Numbered from the stretch's first letter, positions 25,306-35,231 are shown. The stretch: DNA of 40,000 bases from Isosphaeraceae bacterium (GCA_026004735.1 BPJS01000001.1:3884859-3924858); one strand, 5' to 3'. A program made the numbers and translations. Notes: generated from the sequence alone by a model not told the origin.

Positions 25306-26163
25306 GTGGCGATCGAATCGCATGCGGCTTCCCCCTCGACCGAGGCCGACCTGACCCCGGCCGTCGAGAATGAATTACCCGCCTATCGCGCCATTTCCTC
25401 CCTGGCCGTAGCCAGCCTTTTTTTCGGCCTCCTGGCCTTACTCTGCTTCGCCTCGCAGACGTTTCAGTTCGCCAGCGTTGCTGCGGTCGTCCTGGGCGCC
25501 CTATCGCTTCGCAAGATTCAGGCCCGCCCGGACGAGCTGACAGGTCGGGGTCTGGCCCAGCTCGGAATCACCCTGGGCCTGATTTGCGGACTTTCCTCGG
25601 GGACGCTCTCGATCGTTCAGGACATTCAGTTGCGGAGCAAAGCCGAACAGTTCGTCCGCGGCGAGTTGGTGCCGATCCTGGCTGACCGCGATCTCGACGG
25701 CGCGCTTTGGTACAAAGCCCCCCCCGAGCGTCGGCGGTCGATGACCCCCGAACAAGTTCGCAAGGCCATGGACGATCCCAACGCTCCCGGAACCGCGTAT
25801 CTCCGCGTCCAGGCTGGCGGTCTCGTTCAATTGATCGACGAGTTGAAGAGTCATCCTCAAGCCAGTCTCGAATTCGCCGGCATCGAAAACACGGGTCAGG
25901 ATGAATTGACACCCATGGTCGTCGCCCGGATCGCCGTCCAGTGGCCCGACGGAGCGGACGGCCATGAAGACGGCGATCACGACCACGCCGGCCACCTCCA
26001 CGATCACGATCCCAACAAATTCGGCCAGTTCGTCGGCCTGATTCTGAAATGCCAGCGCCAGGGACGCTCGCTGGCCTGGTGGGTCGATGACTACATGTAT
26101 CCCTACCAGCCCGCCAGTTACAAGCCAAAGGCCAAGATCGCCGACCACGGCCACGACCACTAG
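25306..26163 (+). CDS. Membrane-anchored protein with a DUF4190-like double-TM N-terminus and His/Asp-rich tracts
   Basis: 285 aa, GTG start. Two adjacent TM helices (LAVASLFFGLLALLCFA, VAAVVLGALSL; later GITLGLICGLSSG). The His cluster 'HEDGDHDHAGHLHDHD' is encoded at 25963-26010 and the protein ends in 'ADHGHDH'. Confidence 0.55.
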   Translation: MAIESHAASPSTEADLTPAVENELPAYRAISSLAVASLFFGLLALLCFASQTFQFASVAAVVLGALSLRKIQARPDELTGRGLAQLGITLGLICGLSSGTLSIVQDIQLRSKAEQFVRGELVPILADRDLDGALWYKAPPERRRSMTPEQVRKAMDDPNAPGTAYLRVQAGGLVQLIDELKSHPQASLEFAGIENTGQDELTPMVVARIAVQWPDGADGHEDGDHDHAGHLHDHDPNKFGQFVGLILKCQRQGRSLAWWVDDYMYPYQPASYKPKAKIADHGHDH

Positions 26164-26231
26164 ACGCTACGCCGCATCAAGCGCAGCGGCTTGTCGCTGA
26201 CCTTTTCGATGAGGCCGGTAGGATCTGCGAG

Positions 26232-26672
26232 CTACTCGCGTTCGGCGGTCGGACGTTCCGTCGACCTCCCCGGCTCGCGGTAGATCGCCGAACAGTTGTC
26301 GGTCTCCCAGAGAATCACTTCGACGACCGGAAGACCCGATTCCCGCGTTCGCTCGTAAATCAACCGCGCGATGTTTTCGGCGGTTGGGTTCTCCTCCATG
26401 ACAAAGATCCGTTCGCCACGTTCAAGCAAGACCGGCAGGAGCGGATCCTCTCGGCATAAGAGCATGTTGTGATCGAGATTCTCGTCGATCCATCGCTGAA
26501 TCGCGCGCTTCATGTCCGAAAAATCGACCAGCATGCCCCGCTCATCGAGCCGATCCCCCTCCAGGACCACCCGAGCCAGCCCATTGTGCCCATGCAGGTG
26601 GCGGCATTTGCCCGCATAGTTCAGCAGCCGGTGCCCATAACAAAATGGGATGTCGCGCGTGACCCGATACAT
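26232..26672 (-). CDS. queD: 6-carboxy-5,6,7,8-tetrahydropterin synthase (QueD/PTPS family)
   Basis: Contains 'FCYGHRL' and the Zn/catalytic motif 'KCRHLHGHNG'. Start placed at ATG 26672 (MYRVTRD), with GGGAGA about 8 nt upstream. Confidence 0.88.
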   Translation of the reverse strand: MYRVTRDIPFCYGHRLLNYAGKCRHLHGHNGLARVVLEGDRLDERGMLVDFSDMKRAIQRWIDENLDHNMLLCREDPLLPVLLERGERIFVMEENPTAENIARLIYERTRESGLPVVEVILWETDNCSAIYREPGRSTERPTAERE

Positions 26673-26852
26673 TCCGCAGTCTCCCGCCCTCACGGACCCT
26701 CAACCCCGCTACCCGTTCGAGTCAGCGGCCGACTGACAACTGTCCGAGCATCCGCTGGCCCACTTTGCGGAAATCGAACCTCCTGGTTAGGATACCTACT
26801 TTTGCGGAAGGTTCACGAGTCCGCGCGATCGAAAACCTGGTGAGTCTCAGCG

Positions 26853-28199
26853 ATGACCGAATTGATGACGACCGATGTCCGCGTTTTGATTGATCGTGAG
26901 CCGTTCGACGCCGCCGCGATGGCCGACCTGATCGAAGTCCTTGGCCGCGACCCCTCCCGCTACGTCATCCTCCGCGACGCCGCCCAAGCCATCGCCGAGC
27001 GGGAGAAGGGAAAGATGAAGCCCTCGACCCATCTCCGCCTCGGCGTGGCCGACTGCCTGCTCGGCCGCTACAAATCGGCCCTCGAACACCTGAGCAAAGC
27101 CGGCGACTCGGGTCTGGCCTCCTTCTACCAGGGTGTCGCACTCGAAAACCTCCAGCGCTGGGCCGAGGCCGGCGAAGCCTACGCCGCGGCCGCACAGGCC
27201 GGATACGACCCCAAACGCTCCGAACTGAAGCGGGTCGGAACCCTCCGCCGCCAGGGACGCCTGGACGAGGCACGCCAGCTCCTCGAAAAGCTGGCCGGCC
27301 AGTCCGGCTCGGTCGCCGAATACCACTACCAACGCGGCAGCATGCTCGCCGCCGCCGGCGATCTCCTACCCGCGGCCGAGGCCTTCGAAAAAGCCCTCGA
27401 AATCGATCCGACCCACACCGGCGCCCTCTTCGAACTGGCCTACATCAACGACCTCTACGACAACGACGATCGGGCCATCGAGCTTTACCAGCAGTGCACC
27501 AGCCGCCCCCCCGTCCCGGTCGCCGCCCTGATCAATCTGGGCATCCTCTACGAAGACCAGCACCGCTACAAGGAAGCCGAAGAGTGCTACCGCCGGGTCC
27601 TCCAGACCTATCCGACCCACCCCCGGGCTCGGCTCTTCGCCAAGGACGTCGCAGCCAGCAAGGATATGTACTACGACGAGGACAACGAGCGCATCAGCGA
27701 CCAGATGCGGAAGCTCATGGAGATCCCGGTGACCGACTTCGAACTCTCCGTTCGCAGCCGTAACTGCCTCAAGAAGATGAATATTCGAACGCTCGGCGAC
27801 CTGACCCGGACGACCGAGGCCGCCTTGCTGGCCAGCAAAAATTTCGGCGAAACCTCGCTGACCGAAATCAAGGAAATGATGCGCTCCAAGGGTCTCGAAC
27901 TGGGCATGGCCCTCGGAGGCGGCGAGCGCGGCGGCCTGCCCGGCTCCGGCCCGGCCGCGGCACCCGCCTACGAGGACGTCTCCCCCGAAGAACGTGCCCT
28001 GCTGGCTAAGCCGATCACCGACCTGGCGCTCTCGGTCCGGGCCCGCAAGTGCATGACCCGGCTCAACATTCAGACCGTCGGCCAGTTGATCCAGCGAACC
28101 GGCGACGAATTGCTGGAGATTAAGAACTTCGGCGTGACCTCGCTCAACGAGGTCCGCGATAAACTGGCCCAACTCGGCCTCAAGCTCAAGGGCGACTGA
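26853..28199 (+). CDS. TPR-repeat protein with two C-terminal RNA polymerase alpha-subunit C-terminal-domain (alpha-CTD, HhH) modules
   Basis: 448 aa, with TPR-like repeats across roughly aa 60-260. Two copies match the alpha-CTD pattern: '[56 protein letters not shown]' (nt 27711-27908) and '[55 protein letters not shown]' (nt 28005-28193). For comparison, E. coli RpoA has 'LELTVRSANCLK...IGDL...[27 protein letters not shown]'. Confidence 0.8.
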   Translation: MTELMTTDVRVLIDREPFDAAAMADLIEVLGRDPSRYVILRDAAQAIAEREKGKMKPSTHLRLGVADCLLGRYKSALEHLSKAGDSGLASFYQGVALENLQRWAEAGEAYAAAAQAGYDPKRSELKRVGTLRRQGRLDEARQLLEKLAGQSGSVAEYHYQRGSMLAAAGDLLPAAEAFEKALEIDPTHTGALFELAYINDLYDNDDRAIELYQQCTSRPPVPVAALINLGILYEDQHRYKEAEECYRRVLQTYPTHPRARLFAKDVAASKDMYYDEDNERISDQMRKLMEIPVTDFELSVRSRNCLKKMNIRTLGDLTRTTEAALLASKNFGETSLTEIKEMMRSKGLELGMALGGGERGGLPGSGPAAAPAYEDVSPEERALLAKPITDLALSVRARKCMTRLNIQTVGQLIQRTGDELLEIKNFGVTSLNEVRDKLAQLGLKLKGD

Positions 28200-28306
28200 C
28201 CGGCCCGGCGGTCGTCGCCACGACCAGCCCGGACGCGAGCCAGGTCCCGGCCTCCCCATCCGCTGGACCGCGCCCCAGGACCAGTCCCTGCCCTCCCTCA
28301 GCGGCC

Positions 28307-29422
28307 ATGCCCTCTCCCGTCCGGTTTACGCTCCTCGCCGCCGATCCCTCGACCCAAGCCCGAGCCGGCCTGCTCACGACGCCTCATGGCTCCGTCGAGA
28401 CCCCGGCCTTCATGCCGGTCGGCACCCAGGCGACCGTGAAGGGCCTCTTGCCCGACCAACTGGTCGCCATCGGGACCCGCATGGTCCTGGCCAACGCCTA
28501 TCATCTGACCTTGCGTCCGGGCGAGTCCGTCATCCAGCAACTCGGCGGCTTGCACCGCTTCATGGGGTGGGACGGCCCGATCCTGACCGACTCCGGCGGC
28601 TTCCAGGTCTTCAGCCTCGCCGAACGCCGTCAGGTGACCGAACGCGGCGTCTCCTTCCGGTCCCACCTCGATGGGTCGGCCATCGAGCTCACCCCCGAAT
28701 CGGCCATCACCATCCAGGAAGCCCTCGGCGCCGATGTGGCGATGTGCTTCGATCACTGCCCCGCCTTGCCGGCCGACAAGCAGACCATCGCCGACGCAAC
28801 CGCACGCACCGTGCGCTGGGCCATCCGCTGCCGCGACGCTCACCGCCGCCCCGACCAGGCCCTCTTCGGGATCGTCCAGGGCGGCGCCCACGAGGACCTC
28901 CGCGCCCAGTGCGTCGAGCAGTTGCTCGCCCTTGACTTCCCCGGCTATGCCATCGGAGGCGTCAGCGTCGGAGAGAGCCGCGCGGAGGTCCTCCGCGCCA
29001 TCGAGGCCACCGCCCCGCGGCTGCCCACCGACCGGCCCCGCTACCTGATGGGAGTCGGCCGCCCCCAGGACCTCCTCGAGGCCATTGCCCGCGGCGTCGA
29101 TCTCTTCGATTGCGTCCTCCCCACCCGCAACGGTCGCAACGCCACGTGCCTGACGGCAACCGGGCTCGTCAAGCTCCGCAACGCCGTCCACAAGACGGAC
29201 TCCCGACCCATCGAGGAAAACTGCCCCTGCCCGGCCTGCCGACGCTTCAGCCGAAGCTACCTTCGCCACCTCTTCCTCGCCGGCGAAATGCTCGGCCCGA
29301 TCCTAGCCTCGTTGCACAACCTGGCGTTTCTCCACCGTCTGACCGCTGCCGCGCGCCAGGCCATCCAGGCGGGAACCTTCGCCGCCTACCTCAACGGAAC
29401 CCTTGAACTTCTAGGCCCTTGA
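28307..29422 (+). CDS. tgt: Queuine tRNA-ribosyltransferase (tRNA-guanine transglycosylase)
   Basis: 371 aa with '[15 protein letters not shown]', '[13 protein letters not shown]' and the Zn site '[17 protein letters not shown]'. Confidence 0.95.
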   Translation: MPSPVRFTLLAADPSTQARAGLLTTPHGSVETPAFMPVGTQATVKGLLPDQLVAIGTRMVLANAYHLTLRPGESVIQQLGGLHRFMGWDGPILTDSGGFQVFSLAERRQVTERGVSFRSHLDGSAIELTPESAITIQEALGADVAMCFDHCPALPADKQTIADATARTVRWAIRCRDAHRRPDQALFGIVQGGAHEDLRAQCVEQLLALDFPGYAIGGVSVGESRAEVLRAIEATAPRLPTDRPRYLMGVGRPQDLLEAIARGVDLFDCVLPTRNGRNATCLTATGLVKLRNAVHKTDSRPIEENCPCPACRRFSRSYLRHLFLAGEMLGPILASLHNLAFLHRLTAAARQAIQAGTFAAYLNGTLELLGP

Positions 29423-29524
29423 GGGTACAAAAATTTGGTTCTTGTGGAGGCCGGTGGCCGTTCGCCGCCGCTGTTGTGTCGTCACCCCACTACACCCCGC
29501 GTCTCCTTCTGCTCGGATCTCCGA

Positions 29525-29941
29525 ATGCCTGGCTCGCTCGAATTGAGTTGCTTGATCCTAGCTCAAGTCGCCGAGAAAGCCCCGCCCGCTCAGCCGGCGG
29601 CCCCTGGCGCCGATCCTTTGCTGCTGGTCATCCAGTTCCTGCCGATCCTGCTTTTGTTCTACTTTTTAATGATTCGGCCGCAGCAGCAACAAGAGAAGCG
29701 CCGTCGGGCGATGCTTGAGGCCCTGAAGAAGAACGATCGGGTGGTCACCTCCGGCGGGATCTACGGAACAGTCGTCTCGATCGACGCCGACCACGATCGG
29801 GCCGTTCTGCGGGTCGACGACGAGAAAGGCGTGCGCCTAACCATCAGCCGATCCAGCATCGTTCGTGTCTTGGGGGATCCCGAGCGCGTTGCCGATAAGC
29901 CGATTGCCGAAAAGTCGGCTGCCAGCACCCATGCGAGCTGA
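29525..29941 (+). CDS. yajC: Preprotein translocase subunit YajC
   Basis: Single TM followed by 'FLMIRPQQQQEKRRRAMLEALKKNDRVVTSGGIYGTVVSID', matching the YajC signature. Start placed at ATG 29525; the track's GTG 29435 would add 30 atypical residues. Sits in the classical tgt-yajC-secDF position. Confidence 0.85.
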   Translation: MPGSLELSCLILAQVAEKAPPAQPAAPGADPLLLVIQFLPILLLFYFLMIRPQQQQEKRRRAMLEALKKNDRVVTSGGIYGTVVSIDADHDRAVLRVDDEKGVRLTISRSSIVRVLGDPERVADKPIAEKSAASTHAS

Positions 29942-29955
29942 CCGTCGGATCAACC

Positions 29956-29982
29956 GATTCGGTGGCGTGGAACCGCCGAATC
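29956..29982 (+). other. Strong hairpin between yajC and secDF (GATTCGGTGG-CGTGGAA-CCGCCGAATC)
   Basis: 10-bp stem (nine Watson-Crick pairs plus one G-U) with a 7-nt loop, starting 15 nt after the yajC stop. There is no following U-tract, so it is not a classical intrinsic terminator. Confidence 0.3.
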
Positions 29983-30070
29983 CTGCACTGGTTCACTTCA
30001 CGAGATCGGGATAGGCCCTCGTTCGGCCGGCGTCGCCTCCCGACGCGACCGCCGGACCCGGAAAGTCGCC

Positions 30071-33000
30071 ATGAAGCACTTCGGACGTCCGTTCGCGCTG
30101 ATCGCTCTAGCGACGGCGCTCGCCCTGCTCGCCATCTATCCGCCCCGCGAGAAGATCAAGCTCGGAATCGACCTCTCCGGCGGGACGATCCTCGTCTACC
30201 AGGCCAAAGACGCCGACCGCCCCGAGTTCGACATCAACGAACTGGTCGCCGCGCTCAAGCGTCGGATCAACCCGGACGGCACCCAGGACATCATCATCCG
30301 CGAGGTCGGCCAAGATCGCGTCGAGATCATCCTCCCCAAGGCTTCCGAGGAGGAGGTCGAAGAAGTCAAGCGGAAGATGACGGCCGTCGGCGCCATGCAA
30401 TTCCGCGTGCTGGCCGATCGCCGCGACCAGGAAGACGCCCCCCGCATCGAGCGGGCGATGGCCGAAGGCGGCCTCTCCAACCCCCCTCCCCGTTACGCCT
30501 GGGCCAAACTGGCCGAGATCGTCACCGCCAAGAAGCCGGCCGGTGCCAGCTCGGATTGGGTCCGCATCGAGGGCAACCGCTTCATCGACCCGTCACGCAA
30601 CTGGGAGCGCGACCGCTACGTCGGCGCTGGTCTGACCCTGATCGACGAAGAACCGGGCGGCACCACCCGCCGCATCACGTTCCCGGTCATCGCCAGCGAC
30701 GCCAACAGCCTGATCCTCGACCCCCAGCGCGCCCAGGTTCGCGAAGGTAACCGTCTGGTCAACCGCAAATTCGCCCGCGTCTCCGACGCTGTGCGCGACG
30801 TCGACCAGTACCAACTCGTCCTCAACCCCAGCCGGATCCTCGACGACCCGTATCTGGCCATCCGCTCGGTCGACCGCGGCAACGGCGTCGAAGAACGCTA
30901 CGTTCTCTACAAGGCCGAGGCCCAGCCCGTGACCGGCGACATGCTCGAGCGGGTCTACCCCACCGAGGATTCACGCCTCCAGCCGGCCGTCGGCTTCGTC
31001 TTCCGGCCCCAGGGCGCCAACCGCTTCGGGCGTCTGACCCGCGAGTATTCGCCCGGCCAGCGCGGCGGCGACTTCCAGTACCACCTGGCCATCCTGCTCG
31101 ACGACCTGGTGATGTCGGCCCCGGTCATTCGCCAGGAGATCCGCGACAACGGCATCATCGAGGGCATGACGCCCCGCCAGCGCGACGAACTGATCGACAT
31201 CCTCCGCGCCGGCAAGCTGCCCGCCAGCATCGACCCCATCCCCCTCCAGCAGGAAAGCATCGGTCCGACGCTCGGCCGCGACACCATCGAGAAGGGCCTC
31301 CGCGCCATCCTGGTCTCGATGTGCGTCGTGCCCCTCTTCATGATCGCCTACTACCGGTTCGCCGGCGTTATTGCGGTCATCGCGCTGGTGCTCAACACCC
31401 TGCTGCTGGTCGGCTCGATGGCCTGGACCCGCAGCTCCTTTACCCTGCCGGGCCTGGCCGGGCTGGCTCTGACCATCGGCATGGCCGTCGATGCCAACGT
31501 CCTGATCTTCGAGCGGATGCGCGAGGAGAAGGCCCGCGGCGCCAACCTCGGAACTCAGATCCGCAACGGCTTCGGACGTGCCTGGTCCGCCATCCTCGAC
31601 TCAAACCTGACAACCGTCCTGACCGCCGCCATCCTCTGGGCCATTGGGACTGAGGAGATTAAGGGCTTCGCCACCACGCTTACCATCGGGCTGGTCTGGA
31701 ACCTCTTCACCGCCGTCTACGTTTCCCGCGTTCTCTTCGAGTTCTGCTACCAGAAAGGCTGGCTCAAACGCCTCAACTTCGCTCAGATTCTGGGCAAGAC
31801 CGAGATCAACTTCGTGCGGCCTCGGCGTATCTTCCAACTGATTTCACTGATCCTGATTGTGCTGGGCGTTGCCTCGTTCGTCTCCCAGGGCGGCCGCAAC
31901 TTCAACATCGACTTCACTGGCGGCACGCTCGTCACGATCGCTCTCGACCCGAACCATCCCGACGTCGCCGGTAAGACCGAGGCTCAGCGGCTGGCCTGGG
32001 TCCGCCAGCAAGCCTCGCAGGCCAGACTGCCCGATGGCTCTCCTCTGCCCAACATCACCGTCGAGAGCCTGACGGTCACCGGCGAAAAGGTTGCCTCTCG
32101 ATTCAACATTCGCACCAGTTACACTGACCAGGAGCTTTCGGCCTCCGCCACCGGCGGCGAACGCCGTAACGCCGCCCTCGAAGTCCAGCAGGCCATCCTC
32201 GATCAATTCGGCGACGCGCTGGCGCGCTTGAGTCTTCGAATCGGCGATCCGGTTCCAATCCCCAAGGTCGAGGGGACCACGCCGGATCGGTTCGCCGGAG
32301 GCCTTGAGTTCCCCATCGAACTCAACCGACCGGTCAATCCCGAACGCATTCAGCAAGAGCTGGTCGATGCCCTCTCAAAGGAGCGAATCGACGCGCCGGC
32401 TTCTCACGTCGAGGTTGTGCGTGCTCCCCGTTCTTCCTCCGAGTCGGATTCGGAAACGCAGCATCGCCTCTTGGTCCGCACCGACCTCGAGCGTGACGTC
32501 GTTGCCAAGGCCCTTGAATCGGCCAGAGATCGCCTGCTGGCCGACCGTGCTCTGATGCTTGAGCGTCGCGAGAGCTTCGGCGCGGCCGTCGCTCGCGACA
32601 CCCAGACTCTGGCCCTGGTCGCCATCGTCCTGAGCTGGCTTGCCATCATCGCCTACGTCTGGATCCGGTTCAAATCAATCGGCTTCGGGCTGGCAGCGGT
32701 GCTCGCCCTGGTCCACGACGTGCTCATCGCGCTCGGCGCCGTCGCCATCTCCCCCTACAAGATCGACCTGCCCATGATCGCCGCCTTCCTGACGATCATC
32801 GGCTTTTCGGTCAACGACACCATCGTCATCTTCGACCGGATTCGCGAGATCCGCGGCAAGAGTCCCCACCTGACCGAGGGCATCGTCAACGCCGCCTTGA
32901 ATCAGACCTTGAGCCGGACGATCCTGACCTCGTTGACTGCCCTGGTCGTCGTCGCCATCCTCTACGCCTTCGGCGGCGAAAGCCTCAAGGGCTTCTCGTT

Positions 33001-33133
33001 CTGCCTGCTCGCGGGCATGATCTCCGGTGTTTACAGCACCGTCTACATCGCCAGTCCATTCCTGATCGACTGGTACAAAGCCCGAGGGTCGGCCCGGCCC
33101 CAGACCCCGGCTCCGGCCGCCGCCTCCCGTTAA
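30071..33133 (+). CDS. secDF: Fused protein-export membrane protein SecDF
   Basis: 1020 aa. The SecD part has 'LGIDLSGGT' and 'LAGLALTIGMAVDANVLIFERMREE'. The SecF part has 'NIDFTGGT' and 'IIGFSVNDTIVIFDRIRE'. Confidence 0.95.
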   Translation: MKHFGRPFALIALATALALLAIYPPREKIKLGIDLSGGTILVYQAKDADRPEFDINELVAALKRRINPDGTQDIIIREVGQDRVEIILPKASEEEVEEVKRKMTAVGAMQFRVLADRRDQEDAPRIERAMAEGGLSNPPPRYAWAKLAEIVTAKKPAGASSDWVRIEGNRFIDPSRNWERDRYVGAGLTLIDEEPGGTTRRITFPVIASDANSLILDPQRAQVREGNRLVNRKFARVSDAVRDVDQYQLVLNPSRILDDPYLAIRSVDRGNGVEERYVLYKAEAQPVTGDMLERVYPTEDSRLQPAVGFVFRPQGANRFGRLTREYSPGQRGGDFQYHLAILLDDLVMSAPVIRQEIRDNGIIEGMTPRQRDELIDILRAGKLPASIDPIPLQQESIGPTLGRDTIEKGLRAILVSMCVVPLFMIAYYRFAGVIAVIALVLNTLLLVGSMAWTRSSFTLPGLAGLALTIGMAVDANVLIFERMREEKARGANLGTQIRNGFGRAWSAILDSNLTTVLTAAILWAIGTEEIKGFATTLTIGLVWNLFTAVYVSRVLFEFCYQKGWLKRLNFAQILGKTEINFVRPRRIFQLISLILIVLGVASFVSQGGRNFNIDFTGGTLVTIALDPNHPDVAGKTEAQRLAWVRQQASQARLPDGSPLPNITVESLTVTGEKVASRFNIRTSYTDQELSASATGGERRNAALEVQQAILDQFGDALARLSLRIGDPVPIPKVEGTTPDRFAGGLEFPIELNRPVNPERIQQELVDALSKERIDAPASHVEVVRAPRSSSESDSETQHRLLVRTDLERDVVAKALESARDRLLADRALMLERRESFGAAVARDTQTLALVAIVLSWLAIIAYVWIRFKSIGFGLAAVLALVHDVLIALGAVAISPYKIDLPMIAAFLTIIGFSVNDTIVIFDRIREIRGKSPHLTEGIVNAALNQTLSRTILTSLTALVVVAILYAFGGESLKGFSFCLLAGMISGVYSTVYIASPFLIDWYKARGSARPQTPAPAAASR

Positions 33134-33196
33134 TCCAATGCGTCGGCAAACGCGCGTCTCAGCCGTTCTGCCCGAAGCCTCTGCCCCAGCCGAGCA

Positions 33197-34495
33197 TCAC
33201 TTGTGCTGGTGCGCCTCGACCCAGCGTAGCGCGTCCTCGCGCGTAGCCAACCTTCCGTTGAGCTGCTCCCTCCGAACCGCGTCAAGCAGCTCCCGATAAA
33301 TTGGGCCCGGCTCGATCCCCAACCCCCGCAAATCAGCCCCCGTGATCAGCGGCTCTGGCTCCAGCGGCCCCTCGGGCAGCTCCCGCAGGTAGCGACAGGC
33401 CGCCTCGGCAACGTCGGGCTCACGCCCCTCGGCCAGACAGCGCGCCCGCGACAAGCGAATCAGATCCTCAGAACCGGCATGAGCCAGCAGTTCCTTACGG
33501 GCCGCCGGCGTGCTCCCCCAGACCCGCCCCAACGCGTCCTGATGCCGAACCAGCCAGGCGACCCGCTCCTGCTCCGCATTCGAGATCCGTAACCGCCCCA
33601 ACACCCCCCGCACCCGCCCAACCGGCCACAGCCCCGTGGCGTCGGCTGGCCCCTCCTGGATCGGAACGCCTTGCAACAACGCCGCCAACGCGAGCGGAAA
33701 CGATGGCGGTGGTTCCTCCTCCAGCGCCGCCAGCGTCCCTAACGTCCGCCGCCACACCTCCAGATCTCCAGCTACCCGGACGTCCTCCACCTCGGGCAGG
33801 ATCTCTCCGAGCAAACGCGTTTCCGCCAGCAACTCCACCCCCCGACGCCGCGATCTGTCGACCAGCAGACGCCGCAGCTCTTGCGCGATCCGCTCCGCCG
33901 CGACCACCGTGACCTGGGCCGCCAGCGCTACGATTGCCGCGTGCGTCTCGGCCTCGATCGAAAAGCCGAACCGGGCCGCGAACCGAACCGCACGCACCAG
34001 CCTCAACTTGTCCTCGCGGAACCGCGCACGGGGATCACCGATCGCGCGAATCACGCCGCGTTCCAGGTCGGCCCGCCCCCCGACGTAGTCGATCACCTCG
34101 TCCCGGATCGGGTCGTAAAACATCCCGTTGATCGTAAAGTCGCGCCGCAACGCGTCTTCCTCGGCGCGGCCAAACCGCACACTCTCCGGCCTTCGGCCGT
34201 CGAGGTACTGGCCATCACTCCGAAATGTCGCCACCTCCACCTGGCCGGCCCCAGGCGGCCCCAGCACTCGCACCACCCCAAAACTCACCCCGACCGGCAC
34301 CGTCCGTCGAAACAACCTCATCACGTGTTCCGGCGTCGCATCGGTCGCAACGTCATAGTCGGTCGGCGCCTGCCCCAGCACCAGATCCCGGACACATCCC
34401 CCTGCCCAAAGCGCCTGGAATCCTGCTGTCCGTAGTCGCTCGACCACCTCGTACGCAAATCGCCGCTTCGGTTCGTCGCTTGCCTGCGTGTTCAC
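33197..34495 (-). CDS. cca: tRNA nucleotidyltransferase (CCA-adding) / poly(A) polymerase family protein
   Basis: 432 aa with head-domain motifs 'AGGCVRDLVLG', 'DYDVAT' and 'RRDFTINGMFYD'. The GTG start overlaps the rsmD stop (GTGA). Confidence 0.85.
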   Translation of the reverse strand: MNTQASDEPKRRFAYEVVERLRTAGFQALWAGGCVRDLVLGQAPTDYDVATDATPEHVMRLFRRTVPVGVSFGVVRVLGPPGAGQVEVATFRSDGQYLDGRRPESVRFGRAEEDALRRDFTINGMFYDPIRDEVIDYVGGRADLERGVIRAIGDPRARFREDKLRLVRAVRFAARFGFSIEAETHAAIVALAAQVTVVAAERIAQELRRLLVDRSRRRGVELLAETRLLGEILPEVEDVRVAGDLEVWRRTLGTLAALEEEPPPSFPLALAALLQGVPIQEGPADATGLWPVGRVRGVLGRLRISNAEQERVAWLVRHQDALGRVWGSTPAARKELLAHAGSEDLIRLSRARCLAEGREPDVAEAACRYLRELPEGPLEPEPLITGADLRGLGIEPGPIYRELLDAVRREQLNGRLATREDALRWVEAHQHK

Positions 34496-35112
34496 GGCAC
34501 CTCATCCGGCTCGGCATCCGGGCATTCCACCTTCTCCAACCGTTCGGGCTTGCGCTCGCCGATCGCAACCAGCGTGCCCCCATAACGCCTGAGATCCCAA
34601 TCCAGCTGCTCTGGCAGCAGGCTCCGATCCAATCGTTCCGGAGCCTCTAGGACGACAAACGACCCCGACGTGATCCCCTCGGCCAGCCCGGCCAGCAACC
34701 CCGCCAGCCGCGGACCCATCCGTTCATAATCGCGGTATGGCGGATCCAGAAAAACCACGACCGGCCCCTGGTCGCGGACGTCGAACCCCTTGCCCCACCG
34801 ATAGACATCCACGCCGATCGCATGGGCTCGATCCTCGTATCGCAAATGAGCCACGTTGCGACGGATCACAGCCAGATTGCCGCGGTCCTTCTCCAGGAAA
34901 ATCGCGCGTCGTGCCCCCCGGCTCAGGGCCTCTAGCCCCAAGGCTCCCGTCCCTGCGAACAGGTCGAACACGACCCGGTCCTCAACCACTTCACCCAAGA
35001 TGTTGAAGATCGACTCGCGAACCATGTCGCTGGTCGGCCTCGTCGTCGGGACGTCCGGACCTTCGATCTTATGCCCCCGCCGCTGACCGGCGATGATTCG
35101 CAACGTTTTCAT
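34492..35112 (-). CDS. rsmD: 16S rRNA (guanine966-N2)-methyltransferase RsmD
   Basis: Begins 'LRIIAGQRRGHKI', with SAM motif 'DLFAGTGALGLEALSRGA' and catalytic motif 'VFLDPPY'. Start placed at ATG 35112 (MKTLRII). Confidence 0.85.
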   Translation of the reverse strand: MKTLRIIAGQRRGHKIEGPDVPTTRPTSDMVRESIFNILGEVVEDRVVFDLFAGTGALGLEALSRGARRAIFLEKDRGNLAVIRRNVAHLRYEDRAHAIGVDVYRWGKGFDVRDQGPVVVFLDPPYRDYERMGPRLAGLLAGLAEGITSGSFVVLEAPERLDRSLLPEQLDWDLRRYGGTLVAIGERKPERLEKVECPDAEPDEVP

Positions 35113-35202
35113 GCCCGGTTTTCCGTTCAAACCTGCTGCGGCTCTTCCGCGTCAAACTTTCAGTATACCGCCGCTCGGCAAGCCCACGGCGCGTGACTCG
35201 CG

Positions 35203-35231
35203 TTGACCTCGGGCCGCTCCTGAGGCATACT
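35203..35231 (+). promoter_or_regulatory. Candidate sigma70-type promoter TTGACC - 17 nt - CATACT
   Basis: Read directly from the sequence. It lies in the rsmD / HExxH-protein divergent intergenic region, about 85-100 nt upstream of the candidate starts at 35316 and 35331. Confidence 0.3.

Noticed and set aside
26165-26190. Possible bidirectional terminator between the His-rich gene and queD (GCCGC-N10-GCGGC followed by TTG).
   Set aside because: The stem is only 5 bp with a 10-nt loop and there is no U-tract on either strand. This is too weak to call.
26673-26852. Looked for a preQ1 riboswitch upstream of queD (minus strand) and for other leader elements.
   Set aside because: I found no CCCUC...AAAAAACUA-type preQ1-I core or pseudoknot-forming A-rich tail. 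There is only a short 5-bp hairpin (GTCAG/CTGAC, ~26741-26757).
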